A stretch of DNA of 32,000 nt from Methanothermobacter thermautotrophicus str. Delta H (GTDB lineage Archaea > Methanobacteriota > Methanobacteria > Methanobacteriales > Methanothermobacteraceae). This document shows positions 1 to 9,582 of this stretch, in pieces. Positions within the stretch are counted from its first letter, which is position 1. Every line of letters begins with the position of its first letter. The position numbers and the translations under genes are program-made. The stretch lies in contig NC_000916.1 in the NCBI RefSeq assembly GCF_000008645.1, positions 420,001 through 452,000 of the forward strand. The letters run 5' to 3'. The notes below the pieces were generated by a model, which searched no databases, was not told where the DNA came from, and saw only the letters and a program-made list of their open reading frames with translations.

Positions 1-694
1 GCAGTGATTTATCCTCTGTCAGGTAGGCCACGAGGGTTGTTCTGTTCCTGTAGGCGAGGTATGTCCCTGAATCTGTGAGTGCGTAGGCCTTCTTCTCGTT
101 TGCAACCCTCAGGGTGTCCGCCATTCCGCTTCCGGTCTCAATGTACCATGCTGATCCGTTGACGGTGCTGTTGTAGTCTGTTACGTTCTTCCATATCTTT
201 ATCTCCCTTGAGTTTGTGCCTGAGTTATCGCCCCTTGATACGAACTTGACCTTCTCAGGGTTCTTCTCTGCTCCTTCAAGTATCTTTCTGAAGGCATCCT
301 TCCCTGTTTTCGCATCTTTAATACCTGCGGGGTCATCAGCAGGTCCCACGATGTAGAAGTAGTTGTAGGCGAAGGGGTATCTCTTCACACCGTATCCATC
401 CTTTATGAATTCCTCTTCCCTCTTCTTATCGTGGACTATCAGGAGGTCTGCATCACCCCTCTTTCCGCGTTCAAGGGCTATCCCGGTTCCACCTGAAACT
501 ATCTGCACATCTATGTTGGGGTATTTCCGCTCGAAGGCTGCCTCAACATCCTCAAGGAGGCCGGTGTCCTCCAGGCTTGTTGTGGTGGATATTCTGAGTA
601 TTTCTCTATCTCCATTGCCTGAGATTGCGTAAAATGCTATTGCTATGATGATGACAGCTGCAATGGCTGCCAGTGCAATGTATTTCCTGTCCAT
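1..694 (-). CDS. tupA: TupA/WtpA-like tungstate ABC transporter substrate-binding protein (partial, runs off left edge)
   Basis: Reverse-strand translation from ATG at 694: MDRKYIALAAIAAVIIIAIAFYAISGNGDREILRISTTTSLEDTGLLEDVEAAFERKYPNIDVQIVSGGTGIALERGKRGDADLLIVHDKKREEEFIKDGYGVKRYPFAYNYFYIVGPADDPAGIKD...FVSRGDNSGTNSREIKIWKN. TTTS, GTG.AL..GKRGDAD..LVH, YN.F.IVGP and SRGD.SGT motifs are typical of the TupA family. SD-like GGAGGT lies upstream of the start. Confidence 0.85.
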   Translation of the reverse strand, partial: MDRKYIALAAIAAVIIIAIAFYAISGNGDREILRISTTTSLEDTGLLEDVEAAFERKYPNIDVQIVSGGTGIALERGKRGDADLLIVHDKKREEEFIKDGYGVKRYPFAYNYFYIVGPADDPAGIKDAKTGKDAFRKILEGAEKNPEKVKFVSRGDNSGTNSREIKIWKNVTDYNSTVNGSAWYIETGSGMADTLRVANEKKAYALTDSGTYLAYRNRTTLVAYLTEDKSL

Positions 695-830
695 GGTCTT
701 TAACCTCCATTAACTCAGAACACCTATATCGACATGGACATATATACATATCGGTTCTGTGAAGGAATGAGAACATGGGATCGTCCTGAAAGATAAAGAA
801 GGACTACTCTGAGGGAGTTATTCCCAGAAC

Positions 831-1106
831 CTACTTCTTGTACTTCTTCTCAAACCTTCTCCAGGACTTTGCAATGTATGGTTCACACCTGTCAAGCTCG
901 GTCAGGAGACACGCCCGTATTGTATCGCTCTTTATCTCCTCTTCAACCTCTATCTTCTTTTTAACGGTCTCGTAGACCCTCTCGATGATCTCCCTCTTCT
1001 CCTCAGGACTGTAACCGGCATCAATGGCTGCCTTCTCCAGTGATGCCCTTATCTTGGATGGTTCATAGGGCTCCCTGAAACCCCTCCTCTTTATAACATT
1101 CATGTT
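831..1106 (-). CDS. Small ATP-cone domain protein (NrdR-like regulatory domain alone)
   Basis: ORF 831..1151; likely internal start MNVIKRRGFREPYEPSKIRASLEKAAIDAGYSPEEKREIIERVYETVKKKI...EVEEEIKSDTIRACLLTELDRCEPYIAKSWRRFEKKYKK. The ATP-cone pattern (V.KR.G..EPY..SKI..S...A) is visible. The exact start coordinate is approximate. Confidence 0.6.
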   Translation of the reverse strand, partial: NMNVIKRRGFREPYEPSKIRASLEKAAIDAGYSPEEKREIIERVYETVKKKIEVEEEIKSDTIRACLLTELDRCEPYIAKSWRRFEKKYKK

Positions 1107-2678
1107 ATCACCATTCCATATATCTCTCTCCCCAATAATGTATTTTTTCACTGAACATCAGATTCATGGACAAACTGATAAAGATATCCGGAAGATGCAA
1201 CATATGATAATGTTGATGACCCGATGGAAGAATATATCAGAGATAAGAACGGAGGAGGTTCCTGATGAACTCGAAACATCCGTTAACGGCCTGAAAGAGG
1301 CTGAGATCAGAAAGAGGCTGAATATTCACGGTCCCAATGAGATCCTCTTTAAAAGGCCGATGGCTCTATTAAGATTTCTTAAGCAGTTTCAGAGCCTCCT
1401 AGTCTACGTCCTTCTTATGGTGGCGATATTCACAGCGGTTATAGGTGAATGGATTGACACCGTGGTAATAGCCAGAGTCGTGATCCTGAATTCCACAGTA
1501 GGATTCATACAGGAGGGAAAGGCCTCTGAAGCCATAGAGGCCCTCCAGAAGTTCACCTGGTCAGAATCCGCTGTAATCAGGGATGGTGAGAAGATCAGAA
1601 TCCCCTCAAGGCTCCTCGTACCCGGTGACATAATAATAACTGGTGGTGGAGAGCGATCTCCGGCCGATATAAGGATACTGGAATCAAAGAACCTCCTTGT
1701 GGACGAGTCAGCCCTCACAGAAGAATCAGTGCCTGTTGAAAAGGACTCTGATCCCCTCACCGATGAGGATATTGAGAGGGGTGAGTTCAGGAACATCCTC
1801 TTCAGCGGTACCCTCATAATGAAGGAGAGGGGCATGGGCGCTGTAATCTCAACAGGCCCGGAAACAGAGCCTGGAAGGATAGCAGAAACTGTACAGAAGG
1901 TTGAAGTCAAAACCCCTCTTCTTAAAAAAATTGACGAATTTTCACGCACCATAACCATTACAGTAATTATCCTTGCGACCCTTAACTTCACTGCAGCACT
2001 GATATTTGGTTATGAGACCGTTTTCTCATTCCTCACCTCAACATCCCTGGCCGTAGCACCCATACCTGAAGGTCTGCCTGCCGTGCTAACAGTGACCCTT
2101 GCCCTTGCAGTGAGGGCCATGGCTGAAAGAAATGCCATAGTTCGCAATCTACCATCCGTTGAAACCCGTGGGAGCGTTACAGTGATATGCTCAGATAAAA
2201 CAGGGACACTCACCAGGAATGAGATGACTGTAAAATGCATATACGCCGGGGGTGTCTTCTATGAAGTTGAAGGGACAGGATATGACCAGGAGGGCAAAAT
2301 AAAACGGAAAGGAGTGGAGATCACAGAGAATCCAGGACCCCTTGAAGATATTCTCACCTGTGCACTGAACTTTAACAATGCATCAGTTGAGGGGGGTGCT
2401 TCACGGTGACCCCACCAAGGGAGCCCTGGTGGTTGCAGCCCATAAGGGGAATAAGGACACTGAAGGAGAGAGCCGATGAAATACCCTTTGACTCATCAAG
2501 GAAGTACATGGCTGTCCTCACAGAGGATGGGACCATCTACACCAAGGGGGCTCCTGAAAGGATAACTGAGATGTGCAGCCATGAGGCTGGTGATGAGAAA
2601 AACGTGGAGATTGACAGAGAAAGGCTCATGGCAATAGAAATTGAGAAGTACCTTATGAGAAGGTGGAAACATGAATGA
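1102..2678 (+). pseudogene. Cation-transporting P-type ATPase (PacL/Ca-type) remnant: frameshifted near 2400-2480 and truncated after the nucleotide-binding domain start
   Basis: ORF 1102..2409 has LNIHGPNEI, LLVDESALTEESVPVEK, PEGLPAVLTVTLALAVRAMAERNAIVRNLPSVET and the phosphorylation motif SDKTGTLTRNEMTV. The expected GDPTKGALVVAA continues in another frame, and the expected DEIPFDSSRKYM...YTKGAPERI in ORF 2406..2678. The HAD C-terminal motifs and C-terminal TM domain are absent because the DUF2238-type gene begins at 2671. Confidence 0.85.
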
Positions 2679-3276
2679 ATGCCCGGAGAACAGTTCATGG
2701 AAGCTGAAACTTCTAACATCGATCAGGATCCTTCTGGTGGTGATGGGTGTTATCATCGTGGTCTTTGGAGCGGGGGGTACCAGGGTCTTCGGACTCATAA
2801 CCCTCATCGCGGTTGCAGTTGTCTACCTCCCTCCCCTCAGGCACCCCCATGGTTTACGGGTCATCCCGGTGGAGATTGAGATACTCTTCCTCACGGTGGT
2901 TGCACTGGAGTACATCCTCGGCAACACATTAGGCCTCTACGGGAGGATAGCCTACTATGACAAGTTCATGCACTTCACCGTCCCATTCATAGTCGCACTG
3001 ATAGGCATGATGCTCATCTACACGGCCTACGTCTATGGAAAGATAAGGACCAGCCTCCTGATAATGGCCTTCCTCATAATCTTCGTGACCCTGGGACTCG
3101 GCGCCCTCCTGGAGCTTGTTGAGTACGGCTACGACCACTACCTCTATCAGCACATAGAGCATGTCCTGCCGACCGGTCCCACACAGGGGTCCCCTGTAAT
3201 GGATCCCCTCGCTGATACCATGTTCGACCTCCTCACAGACCTCCTGGGCGGGGTATTCGGGCCGTTACCGGCGTGA
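2671..3276 (+). CDS. Multi-TM membrane protein, DUF2238-like
   Basis: 201-aa ORF with several hydrophobic helices. The YDKFMHFTVPF...LGLGALLELVEYGYDHYLYQHIE...DPLADTMFDLLTDLLGG pattern matches DUF2238-type proteins. Confidence 0.65.
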   Translation: MNECPENSSWKLKLLTSIRILLVVMGVIIVVFGAGGTRVFGLITLIAVAVVYLPPLRHPHGLRVIPVEIEILFLTVVALEYILGNTLGLYGRIAYYDKFMHFTVPFIVALIGMMLIYTAYVYGKIRTSLLIMAFLIIFVTLGLGALLELVEYGYDHYLYQHIEHVLPTGPTQGSPVMDPLADTMFDLLTDLLGGVFGPLPA

Positions 3277-3496
3277 TACTTGTCAGAAGAGCTGAAAGGA
3301 AAAACTACTGCCTTGAATGGGTTGATGGGGTGGCAAGGTTTGAGGGAATCGACGAAGAGAATAATCAGAATTAAGGTTGTCCTGTGAATACCTCTAGTAT
3401 GGCTGCTGCATGGACGTTGAGGTGTAATGGGACCATCCAACATCGCCAGATACATGAATCATTGCCTTCTCTTCACAGATCTCATCAGAAGAAGAA

Positions 3497-3778
3497 TTAG
3501 AGGGGCTTTAGAATGTCCCTTTTAAGTTCAAAGGAAGCTGCGAAGATGAATGCCATCATAACAGGGAGGAGGCATATCTTAACAACCTCAAGTTCTGGGA
3601 ATGGCAGAAATTCCTTTATGAGCCTCACAAAGAGGAGTATGCTGCCAGTCAGGAGGGCCATTGATACAAGAGCCCAGAGACCGGAGGCGAACCTTGTCAT
3701 GAAATAATTCTTCACCGAGAGTACAGCTGCAAGCAACATGAAGATGAAGGCCACGGTCTTCATGATTAAGATTATCAT
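3497..3778 (-). CDS. Small membrane protein (3 TM), unknown function
   Basis: 93-aa ORF with strongly hydrophobic segments MKTVAFIFMLLAAVL, LWALVSMALLTGSILLFV and VKICLLPVMMAFIFAASFE. The start overlaps the stop of the upstream remnant (ATGA at 3775-3778). Confidence 0.5.
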   Translation of the reverse strand: MIILIMKTVAFIFMLLAAVLSVKNYFMTRFASGLWALVSMALLTGSILLFVRLIKEFLPFPELEVVKICLLPVMMAFIFAASFELKRDILKPL

Positions 3779-4048
3779 TTCTCAGCCCCCAGTTTTCTGT
3801 TTGAAATGAGGGCGGCATAGAAGAAAAGTAATGATGCTAACATTATGAAAAACCATTCAACCATCCTGAAGACATCAAACTCTGATATCTCCCTCAGAAA
3901 ACCACAGATGCTCGCTATGAACAGCAAGAGTCATGTAGATCCATCTACTCTCCTGCATGGAGACCCTCAGCATGTAGATGGAACTCAGGCCTGTTATAAA
4001 CGCTGATATGAACTGGGCAACCTGAAATTCACGTCCAAAGGGTATCAC
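3775..4048 (-). pseudogene. Frameshifted paralog of the downstream small membrane protein
   Basis: Manual translation: frame 1 gives VIPFGREFQVAQFISAFITGLSSIYMLRVSMQESRWIYMT. After a 1-nt shift it continues LLLFIASICGFLREISEFDVFRMVEWFFIMLASLLFFYAALISNRKLGAEK*. The TM pattern and length match the 3497..3778 product. Confidence 0.45.
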
Positions 4049-4412
4049 ACTACCACCAGGGATATATCTGCAATCAAGCTAATTTTTTGCCCAATACAGA
4101 ACCACATCACTGGAGGTTTTCAGGCCCACACCAGCTGACGCCTAATGGTCCTCATGCTCAGGTCCAGTGAGCTATGTGTTCCAGAGCCGAATACATGTTA
4201 AGGGCCTGTTTCCATCTACTGCATGAGTTACACCGCATCTCCTGACCGGAATTCAATCCATGCATCCTATCCAGGATAAGGTCTGTGAGGGACTGTTTAT
4301 GCGGTTGACGCCTTCATGTCTCTGGTAGATGAAAACTGTGGTCCAGTAACCCCCAAGATGATATGATTGAATGGGGGATTCATTTCAGCCCCCAGCTGTC
4401 TATTCCCCTAGA

Positions 4413-4664
4413 TCAGACGAACCTGACACCTTCATCATCAACCACAATTTCGCCCCGCCTTGCCATGTCCTCCATGACCCTCCTTATCCCAGAGGCCGTC
4501 CTCCTGCTGGTATTCTTAAAGCCGAAGATCCTCGATACACGTGTTATAACCTCATCCATATCAGAGGTTGACCTGAGGGCAATCCTCACCGCCTCCTCGA
4601 TCTCCATGGGGGATATGAGGGAGATGTCGATCCTTCCACTTCTCCTTCGAACCGTAACAGGCAT
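4413..4664 (-). CDS. DUF3320 second repeat; C-terminal fragment of the DUF4011/helicase/Vsr gene
   Basis: MPVTVRRRSGRIDISLISPMEIEEAVRIALRSTSDMDEVITRVSRIFGFKNTSRRTASGIRRVMEDMARRGEIVVDDEGVRFV. Terminal winged-helix repeat pattern typical of DUF3320 (EIE.AV......GF..TS.R....I......A.RG.I). Confidence 0.65.
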   Translation of the reverse strand: MPVTVRRRSGRIDISLISPMEIEEAVRIALRSTSDMDEVITRVSRIFGFKNTSRRTASGIRRVMEDMARRGEIVVDDEGVRFV

Positions 4665-5161
4665 TGAGTCTGAGAGGAGAGGAATTCACCGTTTCTCTTG
4701 ATGTTGCCATTGTTCTCTGCCATCTCAATGGCAGAGTTGATTATGCTCCTGACCCTCCTCCCGGCCCTCCTCAACCCGCATGACTCCCTTATACGCCTTA
4801 TAACCTCCTCCACGTGGATACGACCCTCCATGGATACTATCTCACTGACAACAGAGGATATTATGGGTGTGGGGCTCCGGTAGAGGTCATCCGGTTCCCT
4901 GAGCTTGTCGGTTTCATACTCAACATACTCTGCCGCTCCATCCATGGGGGGTTCCTGGTCAGGACCCCCTGACTCTCCCGTTACCTCAAGACCCCCGGAA
5001 TCATCAACCGCAGGTTCATCCACCTCATCAACAGCCTCTTCCATATCATCCGGTTCAACAGCCTCCTGTTCAGTTTCAGGAGTCTCAGGTGACTCCTGGC
5101 CATACGGGCTCCTCAACAATCTCCTCGAGTCTATCGGAGACCTTCCTCTGTGTCTCCTCAC
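4586..5161 (-). CDS. Acidic linker plus DUF3320 first repeat; fragment of the DUF4011/helicase/Vsr gene
   Basis: Acidic linker ESPETPETEQEAVEPDDMEEAVDEVDEP followed by VVSEIVSMEGRIHVEEVIRRIRESCGLRRAGRRVRSIINSAIEMAENNGNIKRNGEFL, the canonical DUF3320 E(G)xIHxxEvxRRI...GL.RAG.R pattern. The sequence downstream of GEFL is out of frame. Confidence 0.65.
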   Translation of the reverse strand: MRRHRGRSPIDSRRLLRSPYGQESPETPETEQEAVEPDDMEEAVDEVDEPAVDDSGGLEVTGESGGPDQEPPMDGAAEYVEYETDKLREPDDLYRSPTPIISSVVSEIVSMEGRIHVEEVIRRIRESCGLRRAGRRVRSIINSAIEMAENNGNIKRNGEFLSSQTQCLLRFEGEVEGSTSPSYPPWRSRRR

Positions 5162-8100
5162 GGTTCCTGTACCAGTCAGAGGACCAGAGGTGTATGATCT
5201 TCCATCCGAGGTTCCGGAGGATCTCCTCCCTCAGCCGGTCCCGGTCCCTTGCAACCTCGGCCCGGCTGTACATCTCACCATCGGTGAGTATCCCTGCAAT
5301 GTACCTGCCCGGCTCATCAGGATCCTTCACCGCGAAGTCAACACGGAACCCGGCACATCCAACTCCCCTGTCAACCTCGAATCCCGCATCAACCAGGAAG
5401 TCATATACAGAGTCCTCAAACAGTCCCTGTGAGGTGTCAGTGGAGTCTGATTCCAGGAACCCTGTCTCAGCGTACCTGAGGAACCTCTTGAGGGCCCTGA
5501 CACCGAAGGGTGTCCCAGGCCCGGTTCTGAGGTCCGAGGACCTGAAGTTCGTGAAGACCACACACTTCTCACGGGCCCTGGTGATGAGGACGTTCAGCCT
5601 TCTCTCACCACCCTCCTGGTTGAGGGGCCCGAAGTTGAGGGACATGCGGCCCCTCTCGTCGAAGCCGTAGCCCACACTTATGAATATCACATCCCTCTCA
5701 TCCCCCTGTATGGTCTCCAGGTTCTTTATGAAGAAGGGCTCATCGGTCTCCTGGTTTATTATCCGTTCAAGTTCAGGGTTCTCCCTGAGGCGGGCCTCCA
5801 GGGCCTCCAGTATGGCGTTCATCTGGGCCACAGAGAATGTACCGACCCCGAGACTCCTTGAGGAACCGTACCTCATGAAGTGTTCCTCTATGGCGTCAAC
5901 CACCGCCGCGGCCTCCAGGGGATTGGATGACGTCCTCCCACGCTCATAGACCGTGTCCGGGAGGTAGACCAGGTGCAGTCCAAGTTCCTCGTCCTCCCTT
6001 GCAGGGGACGGATAGACCAGGAGCCTGTTATCATAGAACTCCTGGTTGGAGACCGCTATGAGGGATTCATGCCGGCTCCTGTAGTGCCACCTGAGCATCC
6101 TCACAGGGAAGCTCCTCTTGCAGAGGTGCAGTATGCTCTCAATGTCCGCAGCGGTAGCCACATCCTCTGAGTCTTCCTCCGCTGATATCATCTGGTCAAA
6201 GAAGCTTGTAGGTGGGAGCTGGTTGGTGTCACCCATCACCACGGCCGTCCTGGCCCTGAGGAATGCCCCCAGGGCGTCCTCGGGTTTAACCTGTGATGCC
6301 TCGTCAAAGATCACTACATCGAACTGAAGCTGGCTGCTTCTGGGGTCAAGGTACTGGGCTATCGAGAGGGGGCTCATCATGAAGCAGGGCTTTATCCTCT
6401 TTACAGTGCCGCCTGCAAGTTTCAGGAGCTTCCTTAGAGGCATATGACCCCTTTTACGTGTGAACTCCCCGCTGAGGATGCTCTCCTCTGAGTTGGGGGC
6501 CGCACCCCCAAATACCGTGGGCATGTTACTGTTGAGCTGGTGTATGAGCCTCTTCCTGTTGAGCTCGATTATCCTGGAGTCCAGCTCCCTGAACTCCCTT
6601 ATCTTGGCCTCGTGGAGGTCACCTATGAAGGTGTAAAGTGTGGGTATCTCCCTGAAGGCCCTCTCAAGGAGTGCATCTGCAAGGTTGCCCTCCATGGCAG
6701 GCCTTATATCATCCATGCGGATTATACCCGACTCTATTATGGGTATGAATGCAGCCCCCCGGGTCTTCATGCAGAGCCTCTTCTTCTCGAGGTACTGTGA
6801 CCAGAGGGGAAGGAGGTTGAGGGCCTCACTCCAGGCCTTCACCCTTGACCTCCAGGCCCTGAAGGGGACGTCCTCTGGCATGGAGTTGAAGAGGACATGG
6901 GCATGGGTGTTTATACCCTTCTGGAGCCTTGAGAGTTTGTCCTCAAGTTCATTGTAGATTTCCATAATCTCCTCAAACTCAGAGAGCAGTTTCTCACCAT
7001 CAAGGCCCCGGGAGATGCACTCAAGGGTCCTCTCTGATATCATTCCATCACTGTGGAGGTCCCTGAACCTCACTATCCACTCTGCGGTGGCCCTGAGGTC
7101 CTCGAGGGGTGGGTTCTCAGGGTTCCACATTGAACCGAAGAACCTCTCAGCAACCCCGCTGTACCTCTCAAGTTCCTCTCTCAGGCTCATGACGTCCATG
7201 AGGTTCTCAAGATCCTCAACAACCTCGTAGTCGTTCTCAGGGGCCCTGCCAACATACAGGGCGTCTATCTCATTCCTTATCTTCCTGTACCTTCCGCTCA
7301 GGAACTTTATGCGGCTGGATGACTCCTTCAGGTAGTCCCTCAGGAGGGCCTCCAGGTCCACTCCATGTACAGATTCATGGAACCTGTCCAGTATCTCACG
7401 CTTCCTGGTGTAGGACTCCAGTTTATCAAGCAGGGTGAATGCATCAGCCCTGTAGCGGTCCCATATACTGGATTCCAGAACCCCCAGGTCGAAGGGCCTT
7501 GACTCCGCAACCACAGAGACAACCTCCGCGAGTCCCCGGAGTTCGCCCGGGGTCTTAACCCTCATGAACCCGTATCTTTCCTGGAACTCCCTCAGGGATG
7601 CTGTTAACCTGTCAGCGGTCTTCATTATTGATTCAAGGAGTATTTCAAGTTCCCTGACATCTGAGGGTAGCATCATACCGGGATCGGTGCCGGACCAGGG
7701 GTTTTCCTGGAGTGGCGGGAGGAGTTCAGCCAGTTTCGCCAGGTTTCTGAGTTCAACCAGGGCCTCATCCCATTCATCGGGTGTTATGGTCTCGGGGGAT
7801 GGTATCCTGACAAAGGGGAGCTCACCGTTGAAGTACTTCTCTGCACGCTCCTTCATCCCGAATAGCTGGAAGGGTGAAAGCTGTATGCTGTACAGTGGTT
7901 CGTGAAGGGCGCGACGATACTCGTTGAGTTCATCACGGAGCCTCTCCATCCTCCTGAACTCCCTCTCTGCCTCGGGCCTATCTGCCTCTGCCTCCATGAG
8001 GGTGGCTTCCAGTTCATTGAGGACGTCCTTCTTACGTGCCTTGTGGGAGTGGAGTTCAAGGCAGAACCTCCCCAGTCCTATGGAGTCCAGCCTGCTCTTG

Positions 8101-8558
8101 ACAACCTCAAGGGCCGCCATCTTCTCACTCACAAAGAGGACCGTCTTGCCTGAGGCCATCAGCTCCGCTATGAGGTTCACTATGGTCTGGGACTTCCCGG
8201 TGCCTGGTGGGCCCTCAACCACAAGGTTCTTACCTGCCTTCACATCCTCTATGACCGCGATCTGGGATGAGTCAGCATCCACGACATGGTAGAGGTCCCT
8301 GTAGGGTATGCTGTCTATGTCCACCTCCTCGCTGTCATCGTCTATCTCAATGGAGAAGAGGGCCCTGAGGAGGGGTCTGTCCACTATCTCATCCCAGTTG
8401 GGATAGGAGGAGGGGTCCAGGTCCATGTACATGAGGAACTTGGTGAAGGAGAAGAATCCGAGCTGGACCTCATCGGTGACACCCCACCCCTCCATTGATG
8501 AGACAGCCCCCTCGACGCGTTTAAGGTAAGCTGAGACACCCCCCGGAGAGGAGGGCAT
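5085..8558 (-). CDS. SF1 (AAA_11/AAA_12, UPF1-like) helicase with C-terminal Vsr/MTES_1575-type nuclease domain; central piece of an Hhe-like (DUF4011-helicase-Vsr) defence gene
   Basis: 1157 aa. Walker A VVEGPPGTGKSQTIVNLI; motif II VVIFDEASQVKPEDALGAFLRARTAVVMGDTNQLPPTSFF; ETIQGDERDVIFISVGYG; LNVLITRAREKCVVFTNF. C-terminal FEDSVYDFLVDAGFEVDRGVGCAGFRVDFAVKDPDEPGRYIAGILTDGEMYSRAEVARDRDRLREEILRNLGWKIIHLWSSDWYRN matches the Vsr-like nuclease pattern. Confidence 0.88.
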   Translation of the reverse strand: MPSSPGGVSAYLKRVEGAVSSMEGWGVTDEVQLGFFSFTKFLMYMDLDPSSYPNWDEIVDRPLLRALFSIEIDDDSEEVDIDSIPYRDLYHVVDADSSQIAVIEDVKAGKNLVVEGPPGTGKSQTIVNLIAELMASGKTVLFVSEKMAALEVVKSRLDSIGLGRFCLELHSHKARKKDVLNELEATLMEAEADRPEAEREFRRMERLRDELNEYRRALHEPLYSIQLSPFQLFGMKERAEKYFNGELPFVRIPSPETITPDEWDEALVELRNLAKLAELLPPLQENPWSGTDPGMMLPSDVRELEILLESIMKTADRLTASLREFQERYGFMRVKTPGELRGLAEVVSVVAESRPFDLGVLESSIWDRYRADAFTLLDKLESYTRKREILDRFHESVHGVDLEALLRDYLKESSSRIKFLSGRYRKIRNEIDALYVGRAPENDYEVVEDLENLMDVMSLREELERYSGVAERFFGSMWNPENPPLEDLRATAEWIVRFRDLHSDGMISERTLECISRGLDGEKLLSEFEEIMEIYNELEDKLSRLQKGINTHAHVLFNSMPEDVPFRAWRSRVKAWSEALNLLPLWSQYLEKKRLCMKTRGAAFIPIIESGIIRMDDIRPAMEGNLADALLERAFREIPTLYTFIGDLHEAKIREFRELDSRIIELNRKRLIHQLNSNMPTVFGGAAPNSEESILSGEFTRKRGHMPLRKLLKLAGGTVKRIKPCFMMSPLSIAQYLDPRSSQLQFDVVIFDEASQVKPEDALGAFLRARTAVVMGDTNQLPPTSFFDQMISAEEDSEDVATAADIESILHLCKRSFPVRMLRWHYRSRHESLIAVSNQEFYDNRLLVYPSPAREDEELGLHLVYLPDTVYERGRTSSNPLEAAAVVDAIEEHFMRYGSSRSLGVGTFSVAQMNAILEALEARLRENPELERIINQETDEPFFIKNLETIQGDERDVIFISVGYGFDERGRMSLNFGPLNQEGGERRLNVLITRAREKCVVFTNFRSSDLRTGPGTPFGVRALKRFLRYAETGFLESDSTDTSQGLFEDSVYDFLVDAGFEVDRGVGCAGFRVDFAVKDPDEPGRYIAGILTDGEMYSRAEVARDRDRLREEILRNLGWKIIHLWSSDWYRNREETQRKVSDRLEEIVEEPVWPGVT

Positions 8559-8574
8559 GGTGAACTCTGGCAGC

Positions 8575-9189
8575 TCAACACCCTCCTCCCTGAGCCGTTG
8601 CCTGGAGGGACATGTTGGTTATGATCTCACTGCCATCCCAGCGGAGTGAGAAGGATGAACCCGCCCTCCTCCTCTCAAGTGACACGGGTACCAGGACCAG
8701 GGGTGCTCTTCTGATGTCCGGTTCCCCCTCTGTCCTCCACTCCAGGAAGCCAAGGGCGAGGTAGAGTATGTTGTAGCCCTGCTCCTGTATCATGGTCCTG
8801 GCCCTCTGGTTGATGTAGAATAGCCTCCTCTGGAGTTCGGCCTCTGTCAGGGCTGTCTGGAGTATGTTCTCATCCTCCACCTCCATCAGGTTCTCTTCAG
8901 GAGAGATACCCTCGGGGGGGACTTCCAGTTCATCGCTGGGGCTGTTCTCACAGAGGATGGGACCATCTGGATCCAGGGTTTCTTCCTCCTCAATGCGGGG
9001 TGCGAGCTTCATCTTTTTCCGGTTGAGGACAAGGTAGCTGTATATGTACTCAGGGTCATGGTTCACCACCTCAACCGTCCTGGACCTTGGTCTGAAGTTG
9101 AGGAGCTGGTTCCTCATTGTGAGGTCAAGGAGTTTCTCCCTCAGATTCTCAAATTCCCTTTCAATGATTTCCCTTGCAGATTGATCCAT
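8575..9189 (-). CDS. DUF4011 domain; N-terminal fragment of the same Hhe-like gene
   Basis: LREKLLDLTMRNQLLNFRPRSRTVEVV..., REL QRRLFYINQRARTMIQEQGYNILYLALGFLEWRTEG....RRAPLVLVPVSLERR...FSLRWDGSEIITNMSL. Canonical DUF4011. The reading frame breaks at ~8600-8604, and the alternate frame continues QRLREEGVELPEFT directly into the 5085..8558 ORF. Confidence 0.85.
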   Translation of the reverse strand: MDQSAREIIEREFENLREKLLDLTMRNQLLNFRPRSRTVEVVNHDPEYIYSYLVLNRKKMKLAPRIEEEETLDPDGPILCENSPSDELEVPPEGISPEENLMEVEDENILQTALTEAELQRRLFYINQRARTMIQEQGYNILYLALGFLEWRTEGEPDIRRAPLVLVPVSLERRRAGSSFSLRWDGSEIITNMSLQATAQGGGC

Positions 9190-9252
9190 TCAGATTCTCC
9201 CTCATTTCTGTTCCATAGAAGTCTTCAGGATGTTCACATTAAGGATTCTATC

Positions 9253-9582
9253 CTAGATATTCCTCTCCGCCGGCACCGTTACTGTGGCCACCCTGTAGAA
9301 TATGTAGACGAGCACAATGTCAATCAGCCATATCATGGCGGCGATGATCTCATCATTTCCCGGGATTGGCCAGAAGAGGTCTATGAGGTCCATCACCCTC
9401 GTCGCTGAGAATATTATCATTGAAACTGCGAATACGCTTATCAGGATGGCTGTTTCATCCATGTTAGAGAACAGCATCCCCAGGGCCGCCTCATCATATC
9501 GCAGATTGTTCATGAGTATCCTCGCTGAGAAGTAGAGCGACAGAATTGGAGGTATCATTACAATCCATTTCACATACATCAA
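9253..9582 (-). CDS. Small membrane protein, unknown function
   Basis: 109 aa, 3-4 hydrophobic helices (IPPILSLYFSARILM, TAILISVFAVSMIIF, IAAMIWLIDIVLVYIFY). The start overlaps the stop of the upstream ORF by 4 nt (TCAT at 9579-9582). Confidence 0.5.
   Translation of the reverse strand: MMYVKWIVMIPPILSLYFSARILMNNLRYDEAALGMLFSNMDETAILISVFAVSMIIFSATRVMDLIDLFWPIPGNDEIIAAMIWLIDIVLVYIFYRVATVTVPAERNI

Noticed and set aside
1404-1991. 195-aa minus-strand ORF
   Set aside because: Antisense to the P-type ATPase E1-E2 domain; composition consistent with a shadow ORF.
5089-5670. 193-aa and neighbouring plus-strand ORFs (4363-8498)
   Set aside because: Antisense to the DUF4011/helicase/Vsr gene, Ser-rich, no family signal.
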